NCBI GenBank assembly: GCA_964019425.1
Contig: OZ025780.1
Span: forward strand, 1,364,001 to 1,428,000
Reading direction: 5' to 3'
Source of the DNA: Flectonema sp. DT1601
Lineage: Eukaryota
DNA length: 64,000 nt
Position 1 is the first letter of the stretch. The number at the start of each line of letters is the position of its first letter. A model generated the notes under the pieces. It made no database searches and had not been told where the DNA came from. It saw only the letters and a list, made by a program, of their open reading frames with translations. A program made the translations under genes and the position numbers. This document shows, piece after piece, positions 43,720 to 56,282 of the stretch.

Positions 43720-44448
43720 TGTGCTTATTGATTAGTTGTTTCTTGTTGTTGTTTTCCTTTTCCTGTTGTTATAATAAGAGTAGTTTTAGTTTGTTTGTTT
43801 GTTTGTTTGTTTGTTTGTTTTTTTCCAAAATGCATTGACAGACTTAGCGTTCTAAATTATACAAGACTCTTGTTGTATGTACCCATTGAGGGAAGCACGT
43901 TGCTTGATGACTGCTATCTACCAAATGAATTAGAAGTGTTGTAATTACCTGCTGAGAGAATCTTTTTAAAAAAATATGCAAAATATTAACTTCAATAAAT
44001 AACCGTCGTGTTCTCATACGCTTTGAGTCGTCAACCGTATGCAATGGTGTGTAAATGGGAGGGTGGTGATGGTCATGGAAGGGGGTTTGTACTTCTTTTT
44101 TTTTCTTTTTTTACCAATGTGTAATATTGTGCAAAAGGTTCCTATTTTACTGTGAAATACACGGAATAGTTACCCGGAAACGTCGCAAAACAAAACTAAC
44201 GGTAAAGTTAAACAGAGAGTGAACGAAATGGCACAAAAAGAGAGGCAAATTTCATAGAAATAAAAACAGGCAACTAGCAACTTTTCTTCTTTTTGGGAGA
44301 CTGCGGGTGACAGTAAGGATTCGTTTTGTTTTTTGTTTTTTTTTTCCCTCTAGTCAAATGTTAAGTCCCGTCTAGATTACATCTACGATTACCTATTTTA
44401 ACCTTTTTTTTTTAATATTTTTTCAGTAGTCGCACGCATATAACTGCA

Positions 44449-45449
44449 AACCGTGAGACTCACAAATGTAAATTGACCACTCCAAATAAAGGATTTTCAT
44501 AACACAATGGTGGGAAGGAATACCATCATGCTACTATGGATGACATCCGTAAGCTATGCACTCAAAGGAGCAACAAGAGCTTTTGAGGTGGGAAGGAAAG
44601 AGAAGTGAAAGAAATAGGCATTCGCACAAATCATTTGTTGAAGTGGCAAATGAACATCAGGTATACCCCATCGTGCTTCAGTGAAGAAAGTAATCCTCCA
44701 CTAACCACACAGATGAACATAGTTATTAAACCAGTGCTTCACAATCAAATACTCTACCTGGATTGATTGAGTGAACATCTGGGAATGAATGTAAGAGAAA
44801 ACAACAGCAACTACGACAAGAACCAAGCTGTTCAAGTAGGCTATTTATTTATTTATTTATTTATTTACGAAGCCTAGGAAGCCAAAAGCCAGGAAAAGCT
44901 CACAGAGTAACAGTTATATCGCTACCAGCAACCGTGAGACTCTCACAGACGATAAGAGGCTATCTACAAATAAATTCATGAACCACCTTTTCAAATACAG
45001 GTTACATGAATAACCGGAACAACATAGCCAGTTTGGGTTTATAGGAGCACGGGCGAAGGCACCATTCACTCCACAAAGAAAGAAAAAACAACGATTAACC
45101 ATAAATAGCTTTATAAAGGACCTAAAAATCTACTCCAATTTTTTTTTTTTTTTTTTTTGGGTATTTAAGATAACACTTTTCTACGGTGTTTTTAGATGTA
45201 AACAGTTTCTGTAGTACTTGATTCAAAAAAAAAAAAAAAAAATGAATCAAATTTAACTTAAGCCGAGAAAGGCTTAGCAGGGTTCTACATACGGCACAGA
45301 CTGAAGTATCACAACTTACTAAGAGGGACTTCAGACAAAAAAAGGAAAACACAGTCAGCTTATTTTTTTTTTTTTTTTACAGGAAAGCCAAGCCTTTGGA
45401 GAAGCCCACGGGATACCAATCATTGAGACTCTCACAGGCGAGAAGAAGA
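44449..45449. repeat. Three diverged copies of a short element with a (G)TGAGACTCTCAC hairpin core; two abut (TTTA)n or poly-T tracts (SINE/LINE-end-like)
   Basis: Cores near 44452, 44933 and 45424; copies 2 and 3 also share GAAGCCAA...GGA.AAGC.CAC. Confidence 0.6.
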
Positions 45450-46789
45450 AATGACTACCCAAAATCAACTAAAAATAAACAAAAAAAACTAAAATAGGCG
45501 CAAAAATACAAGATATCACGAGGTCGCTTGATTACTGAGTTCGAAAGACGTAATCACCGATAAACAGATAAACACTGACTTATAAAGGTTTTTTTTTTTT
45601 TTTTTTTTTTTGGTCTTAAAGAAATTGCCTAAAATGGCGAACCCCGCAAAACACAACAACCTAATCCAAGGCAGGGATCTTAATGTGTTGTTTAAATTAA
45701 TGAAACAAAATACTAAATATTCGATTAACCAACATAATCAACTTCAACACTATTGTTTTGTTGTATTTAAAGCGAAGAGAGTATGCCATAAATCACCATA
45801 AGGTTATCATAGGGGTATCAAAGAGAATGATATGCGGTAGCTGTTTAACGACCACAAATCAGTTTCCAGTAATAGCTGGCAACTCTCGGGGTGAGTACTC
45901 TCATTTTTATTCAAGAGTAACAAGAAAACGAAAGAATAACAATTGCTATTGAGATTTATTGTTTTACTCAAATATTATCAACAACGCGATACAACAAAAC
46001 GAATGCTGTAGGGAGGATCTTCAACTAACTTTTCCGGAAGTCGAGAGAAGAACTAATAAAAGGTTTCAATAAGTAGATAAGTAAGTCTATTACATTACAT
46101 TTGAGTATCGTCCTGCCACGTAAGTAGACTCAATCTTGTATAGCGCTCTGAACACAGCATGCCAATAAAGACTGAAGAGGAGAGTTGTACAACTTATTTG
46201 TTGTTGAGCACAGAAAAGGCAAAGTTAGTCCCTTTTAAACGGAATCGAACTTCAGATACCGGCAGCGCTTAGATAATTCGCACCAGTTAAAGATTCTTAA
46301 TTGTTTTTTTTGCCGAAAGAAACAAAAAAAAAAAAAAAAAAAGAAGAAATCGCATTTGGCAGAGGAAGTCAATTTATTAGTTACTTAATTCATCCGAGTG
46401 ACGCAATCTAAAATATATCATCCATCGGAGACAAACAACTTCAAAGAGAATAGTTAAAAATGCCGTTGTGGGCATTACCGATTTTAATGAACGAAAACAG
46501 CAAACAGAAATGCAAAAAAAGAGGTTTTTTTTTTTTTTTTTTTTTTTTTTGTACAACGGAGAGGTTTAATTCCCCCTCCTGGCTAACTTCGTATAATCAA
46601 TACGAGTAAAATAAAAGTATATAAAGGATATATAATATCAAACCATACAACTTAGAATATGAGTTTATTATAAGATAGTGCACCGTCAATCAAAAAAACA
46701 ATCAAATGTAAATATTCGAAGGACAACAAACAAAAATGTATAACCAACAATAAACGTCAGTTAAACCAAAACTGATGAGTAACAGTAGA

Positions 46790-47780
46790 GGACCCAATCA
46801 TGGAGATTAGGTTTTTATGTCTTCGGCTGTAAGGATCACTTCCCAGCTGTTCATCTTGTCCAGAGACCAACAGATTAAAAACAAAAAAGAAATGATTGGA
46901 AGGAGGAGGGAGAGATTAGAGTAATAAATAAAATATATTTTTCTATAATATTATACATTATCATAAAGTAATCACCTTGTGCCGAATACCCCTCCCAATT
47001 CATTAATATCCTAAGGGCTTACCGAAGGTTTTTAAAAGACAAGGTCGCTAATTGCTTCGGACTAAAAAAAACTTTCAAAAAAACAAAAAAAAAAGATGAC
47101 ATAAAACGAAAAATATTCTACTTGTAGAAAACGTATTTTCAGGGGGGTCGAATGTTTGAATTTGTAAAACACAAATGCGTTGTAAACCTTGATACCAAGG
47201 CTAACTAATTTAAACAATTTACGATTTCGGGATGGATCACCGAACCAGTACAAAACATAATTTACGGACGACAACGCAAGTTGTTAGTTAGTAGCAAAAA
47301 TACTGAACCGATGCCTACGAGGTGTCTGGGTAGCCCGCATCAGCAAGGACCCTAATCGCGAAGATTGTAGTTTTATAGCTTCGCAATGACTACATACTCC
47401 CAGAGGCTAACAGGTTGAAAACAACTAAAGAAATGAAAGATAAATGATCCGGGAGTGGGAAGGTGAAAAAACTTTTCAAAAAGATTATTCCATACACAGC
47501 ATCTTTTCTTTATAATGCGACCACATGTGCCATATGCCCACATACTACGAAAGAAAATAGAAACCCCGGAACAGTACCGAAGATCGTTCAGTTAGAAAGG
47601 TACACAAAATATGGGCAGCACACAGCCGTATCACCCAGCAAGAAATGAAAACAAAAGGATCAGGTAAGATGACAGTTAGTTTATGGAACTGCGCCGAACT
47701 TGACTTCGAGAAATGCTCCGAAGACGAAATTCGAGTTGCTATGTAATAATACATTGCCCTGACATAAGCAACTACCCAAG
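46790..47780 (+). pseudogene. Decayed AP-endonuclease fragments of non-LTR retrotransposons
   Basis: WRLGFYVFGCKDHFPAV at 46801 (cf. SDH.P motif) and MTVSLWNCAEL at 47669 (cf. the N-terminal WN motif), both interrupted by stops or frameshifts. Confidence 0.35.
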
Positions 47781-49745
47781 TACTCCGAGTCTTAAATAAA
47801 GGACATTGAACAAATTATGGTTTGGTTTTCTGGGACAATATTTTTAAAAAAAAAAATAATTAAAAAAAAAAAAATGTCAAGATTAGCAGGAATTCACAAA
47901 ATAACTATTTAGTTAGAATGTGAGTTTTTTTCTGAATACAAAAATATAAATAAAAAAAAAAAGAAATTTTTAAAAAAAAAAAAAAAAAAAAATTATTCTG
48001 CTACTTCATAACACCGAAATACGTTGTTAATCTTCTACCAAGTATCCCTCAGGCCTTCATCAATAAGGTAAGGGGACTTCTTTCCAGTACTTCGATACTC
48101 TAACTAACTAACTAACTGACTAAGTGACAAAACAAAAAAAAATAAAAAATATAAAAAAACGAGGGAGAGGAAATAATTACAATTGAACCTTGAAGATTGA
48201 CTCATTTTAACGACAATGACAACAATTTCGAAGCAATGAGAGGACACTATACTAATATACCTCAGCACAGCTAGCATATGATGCTAAGTCAACATAACGG
48301 TATCGGAAATATAAAAAAGATTGAGAAAAAAAGACTAATTTTTTTCTTTGCTTTAGTAAAGTGTTGATGGGGGGTTGTTCAACTTACGTAATAAAAGCGA
48401 ATTATGAAAGTCTTTAAACCAAATGTACTATTTCCGTACTAAAAAAAGACCCCCCAGACTACATCAAAGAAGAGGTAAGAAGAAAAACATAGCACATACA
48501 AGAAATGAATTCGGTACCCGAAAACATTTAATCTTCCATTGCTGAAATATGAGGAGAGAAAGAGTGGGTGTGAGAGAGTGAGAGAGAGAGATGAAGAATC
48601 ATTGCGTTGTATTCACATCCTCTCTAATCTCGTAAGAATTGATTTCGGCAAAAAGAAAATCGTACTGAGAAATGTTTTTTTCCTCAAAAAAAAAGAAGAA
48701 AAATAGAAATTGCGTAGAATTGTTCTGTTTGTTGTTGTTTTTTTTTCCCCATGAAAAGATAAAATAGATTTTAGGGATAAAACAGAAACCCACCACAATA
48801 CATCATAATGATGCCACGAAGCAGCAATGTAAATAGACCCGAATATTTTCCCTCCCTTTTTTTTTTGAATTTGCAGTTTACCTTGGTAGGCATGGCTCTA
48901 CTTCGGGATTTGCATATTATGCCTTCTTGCTAGATTTTGATTTGATGTTATTTTTAAGAGAATTATAAATTCCAATAAGTATAAAAAATAAAATAAAAAC
49001 AAAAAAAAGAATAAACACGGTTGTGGCTCCCCCTGGACTCTTTGAAATTGAATATATATGCGTTTAAAAGAGCTCATAACTATTTTTTTTTCTTTTTTTT
49101 TTTGAACCAAACTAACCCCCGTTGTAGTTTATCAATCCCCAAAAAAGAGAATTAATTACATGCGTTGAATGAATAAGAAAATATTAAAATAAAAAGAGGG
49201 GGAAAAAAAGCAGCTTATATATTCCACCGAAATATCTCACATCGGGTGCGACAAGCACCAATAATGTCTAAAAGCATAACCAATTACCCCATTGTGTATT
49301 ATTTACGGAACAGTTGCCTTTCTTTCTAACTTCCTAAGGAAAAAATAATCATTTTTCTTTACTTTTTTTTTTACTCACACTATTGTTTCGTTTTGTGCAT
49401 ACCGATGTCACAATTCTCTTTCAACAGCGGGTTTGTGGGTACGCACAGGGCCGGCCACTTAAATCTCAAGCATTAATTTTACGTAAGGGAGATCCTTTTC
49501 TAAAATAATCCATCCCCTTCGAATGGTGTTAATGTTTGAGAACGAAAAAAAATAAAAATAATTAAAAATACTAAAAAAAAATAAAATAATAATAATAATA
49601 ATAATGCTTTCGTCCCATAAAGGGATTACTTCAAAGCAGAAGAAGGGAAGAAAATGTGTGTAGTCGCTGTGGTAAGAGACCACAATTTAGATAAAGTAAA
49701 AAAAAAAATAAAAAACACCCTTTTTTAGAAAAAAAAGAAGAGTTG

Positions 49746-50018
49746 TTAATTATCAAGAAACGCTCCAGGGAGAGGTACAAGCTCTGATTTAGAGATCCTG
49801 ACCCTCGTGTAAATAGACGGTGTGGGTGATGGTGGCTGACACAACGCATCATCAGTGTCCTCTGACGTCGAACTGAAGTCCACATCAAAAGAAACTCTCT
49901 TACGACCTCTTACCTTAAAACGTGAAATACCTCTACTCTTCTTCAAGATACCTCTAATACATAATGCACCAGACAGCTTTAGACCAGAGGGTAAGCTACG
50001 TGAACCCCCGCTACCCAT
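49746..50018 (-). CDS. 90-aa putative N-myristoylated PP1-interacting microprotein
   Basis: MGSGGS myristoylation consensus, GILK (SILK-type) and KRVSF (RVxF) motifs; preceded by a CCCACCAG acceptor. Confidence 0.65.
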   Translation of the reverse strand: MGSGGSRSLPSGLKLSGALCIRGILKKSRGISRFKVRGRKRVSFDVDFSSTSEDTDDALCQPPSPTPSIYTRVRISKSELVPLPGAFLDN

Positions 50019-50391
50019 TTTATCTATAATCTGGTGGGTATGAAGAAGTAATTATTATTAGTTGACAGACTGGTACTATTTAGTTAACGCCCACGTGTAG
50101 TGAAGATACCCACCGGTATCCATCATGCCGGAGGAGACTGCAAAAAAAAAATAATATAGTTTTAGGTTTTGAATAACAAAAAACAACAACACACAAAAAA
50201 ATAATAAAAAAAAAGTTGAAAAACACCAAGAAACGCTCTGTGTTTTGCCTACTCGTATAATAACAAGGTTAACCCACGGAGGTCCTCGCATTTGGTGTGT
50301 TGTGTTTTTTTTTTTTTTTTTTTTTTTTTTCCCTTTCTCTATCAACAAATGATCAACACAAATAACAATAATTTTTAAAAAAAAAAATATA

Positions 50392-51169
50392 TCAGTCATT
50401 CCTTTTTTTTGCGAACAAATTCTGGACAATGAAAAATTTTTTCAAAAAAAAATGGTAAAAATTTCGATCGAAGCGGCATTTTAATGCGCTGCATCGTTGG
50501 GTTCATTTCTGTCCGAAATCGGGAGGTTGGCATCACATACTTGTCACCTGAATCGAGAAAAGAGATTTTGTGGTCTACTAAATCAGCTCAGCCGTGGACA
50601 AGTACCAAAACTAAAAATTAATCGAAGGGTCTAATTTTACACTGCCGGTCCAGCGGGATCCAGAGAAAAAATAATCGAGCAAAAATATATTAAAGAGTAC
50701 TAAGCATGTGCCGGTGAGGCAGATTGTTACTACCTGTCTTTTTGGACCTACTTTGATACTTAATGATCATTATCACCACCACAGATGCAACATTTTCCTT
50801 ACATAATTGCTACTAGGGTTGATTTGTTAGTAAAAAGGTGCATATCTCTTGAGTGCGGGAGAAGGGGGAAAAAATAGTGGAAAAAAAAAATTAGGGGTGT
50901 TTTTTACTCAGATTTTCTCGATCTTTCCATTCCAGGTCTGGGATTAATATTTATCATTGAGTAGTACCAAGGAAATTTTGCAAAGAGACGTTTATCTCTT
51001 TTTAGCAGCACTTACCATGTTTAAAAGGATATCCCTATGCCTAATTTTACAGATCGCACCCTCCCCGATTCCAAAAAATAAAAAATCGAGCAAAAGTAAC
51101 ATATCGTGTAACCTTGCTCAGGCGGTGAGAAAATGGTGTTTTTTGTTCGCAAAAAAAAGGAATGACTGA
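50392..51169. mobile_element. 778-bp non-autonomous Tc1/mariner-type element (MITE)
   Basis: Perfect 28-bp TIRs TCAGTCATTCCTTTTTTTTGCGAACAAA (50392-50419, inverted at 51142-51169), TA on both sides, no transposase ORF. Confidence 0.88.
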
Positions 51170-51453
51170 TATATATTTAAAAAAAAAATTGGCAATGTCT
51201 CACAACAATTTATAATCGTTTTTTTTTTTTTTTTTTCCATTCTAGCAATCTACGTGTTGTAAAATAATAAATCATTCTTTGTAGCAATGAGATACAAGAA
51301 CATATTAAGGGGGGAAAGCAGAGCAACTCTATTTCTAAATTCCCCGTACTTTTATAAAGGTTCTGAGAAGGTTTGCTAGCCACAGGCTAGACTACTCTAA
51401 TCAATTTTTAAAAAAAAAAAAAAAAAAAAAAATAAGAATTTTACGAATCTAAG

Positions 51454-52534
51454 CTACTGGAAAAGCGACCTCGAAGTACCGTTTCGCTTCCCAGCTGTTG
51501 GTGGTGTCACAATTACTGGTCTGTGGTGTTGGTTTTTAAATAATAAAACGTAATTTATTTTTATTTATATTTTTTTTTTTTTTTAAAATAACTGTCAAAA
51601 CAACAAACCTATCATCATTTCTTATCCCTGGTACTGGTGATCGTACACGAGTAGCCCGAGATGGACTATTCTGCTGAAGTGTGTTAAGGCGACTTGTTAA
51701 TTTTTTCAACTCGCTGTTTACTCCCCGTGTTCTTGATTTTTCATCATGAAGCTGTGAAGCAGCTTCTTTCAGGGCTGATTGCAATTCGTCCTTTGTCGCT
51801 GCTAGTTCTGAGACATCGTGAGCCTGTATTCAGTTATTTTATTTTTATATAGAAATAGAACAATTAATATTAAGAAACATTGATGACAAGTATCATACTC
51901 TCTTCACAAGTTCAGCTTCTCTACCCCACAGTTCTTGTCGGAGGCGATCTTGTTCTTTCCCAGCGCTCTTGAGTTGGGTTGCAAGATGTGTTGATTCAGT
52001 ACTTTTGACTGTAGAAATAGTAGTAATCCCCTGCTTTACTCTCATGGTAGTGAATGCGTCTTCTACTTCTCTTAAACGTGTGAGCTCAGAGTCAGATATC
52101 CGTCCAGCTCTCTCTAACTCAGCAATGCGAGACTCAGCAGTACTGAGAAGGTGAGACATTTTAACGAACTCTTTCCTGTCGTCTTCCAGTTCACTTTTTA
52201 GAACTCGTCCAGAAGAGTCTTTTGACATTCTCTCTGCAGCTTCTTCAGCGAGTTTTGTCATCCTTAAGAGGTCTTCACGAAGTTTTTCACATTCCGTAGA
52301 CAGTTCAGCCTCTCGTTGTGTGTGTCCGTGAGCTTCTACTTCCAATGCGTGAACTTGTTCAGATAGCTTTTCGATAGCTGCAGAGGTTTTTACTTCGCTT
52401 TCATGGAGTCGGGTTGCGAGATCAGACTCCCTCATCTCACTGCTCTCAAGTAGACGCTGGGAATTCTCAAGTGACTGCTCCAGTTGATCAGCGTTTTTTA
52501 AAACATCGCTCATCTCATTTGATACACCAGTCTG

Positions 52535-52589
<55 letters not shown>

Positions 52590-55394
52590 AGTTTTGGGTA
52601 TTGCTAAGAAAAGAGTTTGAATATTGTGGTTGTTGCATACCTTGCTTTTTTGAAGCTCAGAGAGTTGCTGTTCAAGTGATCCGACAGTTGTAATTAAAGT
52701 TGTTTCATTTCCTTCCAGTTGTTTAATCTTTGATAAGGAAGCAGCGTAGTCTCTGGTAAGTGCGATGTTTGCTTGCTTTCCAACATCGTCTTCCTTATCA
52801 GTTGCAGCAGCTTTGTTTTGTAATTCCTCAATGCGATCCAATGCCTCAGTGAACTCCTTCTCGAGGGAATCTTTTTCTTCTGTGATGATATTAAGTTGGT
52901 GAGTCATGTTCTCGTTGTTGCTTTGGTTTTTTAGCTTTGACTCTAAAACAGTTATCTTATCCTCTAGAACACCATTGGCTTCGGTAAGAGCCTTTGTTCC
53001 ATTCGCTAGTGCGTTGCTTGAAATCGTTAATGATGATACCTTTGTTTCGAGTGTCTTATTTGTTGTTATTACTGTAGTTAATTCTTCTTGTGTTTTCTTT
53101 ATTGTGATTTCCGTTTGTTCTTTTAAATTATCTCTTTCAGAATTAATTTGATTCAATTGATTTTTTAATTCATCGATCGTTTCCTTTGCATTCGTGCTAT
53201 CACTTTGGAGTGTCTCGTTTAGTTTACTTACTACTAGTCGGTGATTAGCTATTTGTAACTCTAAGTCATTATTACTTTCAGACAGCTGCTGTGTTTGTTT
53301 ATTGTTGATAATGTCTGCTTCAGCAAGTTGCTCCTTTAAATGGATTACTTGTTTTGATTCACTCGCAACTGATTGTTCAGCTTGCTTGTTAAGTGACGAC
53401 ATTGATTCTTGAAGGGTGTCCCTGTCGGACTCCGCCATTTTTAAATTCTTTAAATAACTTTCCGCATCATTGCGAGCCTCAACAACTTGTGCTTGCAATT
53501 CTGCGACGTTTGATAAAGAAATCAACGCCACAGATTGCTGCTTAACGAGTTTATCTTCGAGATCTGTGATCGTTTCCTTAGCAACTTCCAGTTCTTGCTC
53601 ATCGTTTGAACGTTCCTTTGGGATCGCTTCAGCTGCAATCTTTTCTTCAAGTATTGCTATGGTAGCCAACGACGCATCAGCTTCCCTCTGAAGAGCTTCG
53701 TTACTGGCTGAGAGTTCTGAAGACTCTTCGGATGACTTCGCTAATTTACTATTCAAATCATTAATTGTATTCATTGATGTGGATAACTGTTGTTGAAGAG
53801 ATTCATTGCCCGACTGTAGTGTTGAGGAATGAATCAATTTTTCTTCAAGTAATTTGATATTGTCGAGCGCAGTGCTCAGCTGCTGTTGCGCATCGCTGTT
53901 TGAATGTAGCTGTGAGTCTTGTGCTGATAATTTATCTTCAAGTGACTTGATGGTGTCAAGTGAAGTGCTTAACTGTTGTTGAAGGGAATCGCTGTTTGTT
54001 TTCAGCTCTGAGTCCTGGGCTGATAACTTTTCTTCAAGTGACTTGATATTATCGTGTGCAGTAGTTAATTGATGCTGCAAGGCATCGCTGGCTGACACCT
54101 GCTGTTCAAGTGATTTGATAGCGTCAGTTGAGCTCATCAAATCATTTTGTAGCAGCTGGTTGGTACCTTCAAGTTCAGCAATTCGTGATGATGATTGTAA
54201 TAACAACTCATCAGTATTGCCTTCTCGAGTGGCTTCACGTAGTTCGATAGAGAGGTGCTCGTTTGCTGCTGTCAAAGCGACTGTTTTTTCACCAGAAACT
54301 ACCTTTTCAATCTCTGCAGCAGATAGTTGTTCCTCGAGAATAGATATGCTGCTTTTTAAGTTCAAAACTTGATCGTTGGCCTCTGTCAGTTCCGTAGTCA
54401 GACTGAGTTGTTGTTCCTGAAGGTTGTCAATTTCTTTATTTGCTTCGATTAACTCACCAGCGGTGTTATCGTTTTCCGAAAGCTGAATCTTTTGAAGGAG
54501 CTCATCACGCTCTGTTTTGACGTTAGTAAGAGACTCGAGACGCTTCAGTGCCAGAAAGTACTCATCTTTTGAAACTGAAACAGCAGCAGTTGACTTCGAT
54601 AGCTGTTGCTCTAAGTTGTCGATCGTGTCTTGGGATGCTTTTTCATCTGTTTTTGCCTGTCTGAGCTCTGCCTCACATATTAAAAAGTGAGCTTCACGTT
54701 CACGACAACGAAGTACTTCAGAAATCAGCTGTTCCCTGTCAGCTTCGATTTCGTCAAATACAATTTGATCCTTTTCAATCATAGTTATTACGTGTGTGAT
54801 GTTTGCCTTTAGTTCTTCTAAAGCATCACTCTCTAACCCATTATTGTCAGCAAGTGTTGATAGTATGTCTGATAGTTTTATCGATTGACTGAGTGTTGAA
54901 TCTTTTAACTCTTTTGCAGCAATTTTTCTCGTCAAAACATCTGCTGAAGTACCCGACAGCGAATCTGATAAATTTTGTTGTGGTGGAGACACTGATACTG
55001 GCGGTGCTACTGCTACTGGTACTGCTACTGGTTGCTCTACCGTAACAGGTTTTTGTTCTCTACATAGTACATATAACCTGATAACGACTATAAGACAAAT
55101 AAAACCACCAGCGGCATAATACGCAGAAGACATTACACTTCCCATGGCGGAGAGTATTTTTGGAAACGTCGAATCACTCTGAACTTTGTCAGGTACGTCA
55201 TCGGAAGGTGTTGATGTGAGAAATAACATCGACCCAACAGCCCTCACGAACAATGTTCCGATATCTGGTGGTGGCTCTGAGCAAGTTCCATTCTGAAGTT
55301 GCTCAACTATTTCGTCCTGTGGATCAACCTCTTGAAATGAATAAACGATAATCAGCAGTACAACTGCAACCACCCCAGCAATCCTGACCTCCAT
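51454..55394 (-). CDS. Large N-terminally membrane-anchored coiled-coil protein, ~1222 aa; exons 52641-55394, 51899-52531, 51609-51823, 51454-51520
   Basis: Two N-terminal hydrophobic segments, then heptads with ~32-aa internal repeats (KSLEEKLSAQDS...QQQLST). Introns of 109, 75 and 88 nt join three ORF-track pieces in frame. Probable 5'UTR intron at 55405-55480. Confidence 0.85.
52536..52589 (-). repeat. (AAC)18 microsatellite inside an intron, between an ACTAAC branch-like site and the ACAG acceptor
   Basis: Direct reading of (gtt)n on +. Confidence 0.95.
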
Positions 55395-55577
55395 CTCTTC
55401 AGTCCTGTGTGATGATTAAATATAATAAATAATTATTAGAATAATTAAATTTAAAAAGAAGAAGAAAACAATTCCCTCACCAGTTGCCTCCGTCTTATTA
55501 CCTGTTTGATGAATTATTTAATAACATAAGCAACAAGTTTTGGTAAGAGAAAACAGTAAAGTTAGTTTAAATATATA

Positions 55578-56006
55578 TCAGAAGTGGTTTGGAGGTTGCT
55601 GCTTACCAAAACGACGTCGAATTTGCCTTCCCGCAGCAGTGGAAGAATGGTATACGAAAGCAATGTATGCCATGGAGATGCTAACCACTATTGAGATAGC
55701 AATCACCACACCAGCTGACGGTAAGTCGTCAGGTTGTGGTGCTGGGGGAGCACACAGACTTGGGCTACATCCGATCCCTTGATGTACAACAAATTTACGA
55801 CACCAACTGCCAGCTTCATCAACAGGATGGTCTCTGTCAGCAATTTTACAGTTTCCTTTCTTACTATTTCTTAAACATTCCCAAACTAGTTGTGTGCATT
55901 TACATGTCAAAGCACGGATTCCATCAGCACTCTCAACACACTTCAAATAGTCATCATCTAACCCCTCCCCTCGCTCTAGTTCGAAACACTTACTCGGATC
56001 GCACAT
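55578..56006 (-). CDS. Small Cys-rich protein with one C-terminal TM helix, 142 aa
   Basis: About ten Cys, a Pro-rich linker, the VVIAISIVVSISMAYIAFVY helix and a basic tail; no evident signal peptide. Confidence 0.7.
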   Translation of the reverse strand: MCDPSKCFELERGEGLDDDYLKCVESADGIRALTCKCTQLVWECLRNSKKGNCKIADRDHPVDEAGSWCRKFVVHQGIGCSPSLCAPPAPQPDDLPSAGVVIAISIVVSISMAYIAFVYHSSTAAGRQIRRRFGKQQPPNHF

Positions 56007-56251
56007 TCAAAATATCATCACTGAGGGGAGGTTAGTACACATTTTATTGAGCCTAACAGACATGTGAAATTCTAATATTATGAACCGTTTGGTTGTGTTC
56101 ATCCGGAATCGAACTTAAAGCAATTAGTCAATCCCTGAGAGAGTAGAGGGGAACAAAAAGAAATGTAAAATAAACACGAAGTTTTATGTGCAAACTATAG
56201 CGTTAGTTGGTCGAATCCATTTGCTGCTGATTGTGAAAATTGAAAATACGA

Positions 56252-56282
<31 letters not shown>

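Noticed and set aside
45201..45220. ACAGTTTCTGTA resembles the core of the euglenozoan spliced leader
   Set aside because: Only ~12 nt match, no SL 5' part, no following TTG/GT donor or Sm site, and it is antisense to the genes.
46200..46300. GTTCGATTCC B-box/T-loop-like motif on minus (also near 56105)
   Set aside because: No cloverleaf or acceptor stem can be built around either.
46770..46800. CTGATGAG hammerhead-like cores (also ~19748 and ~36100)
   Set aside because: No stem II followed by GAAA and no closing stems.
48000..48300. Possible small two-exon gene on minus (MSQSSRFN...)
   Set aside because: Splice sites do not fit the GTNTG/ACAG consensus and the simplest join creates a stop.
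56007..56102. In-frame 31-codon ORF ending in TGA immediately before the Cys-rich gene ATG (selenocysteine or readthrough?)
   Set aside because: The segment contains ACTAAC...CCTCAG, better explained as a branch site and acceptor; the peptide is not signal-like and no SECIS was seen.
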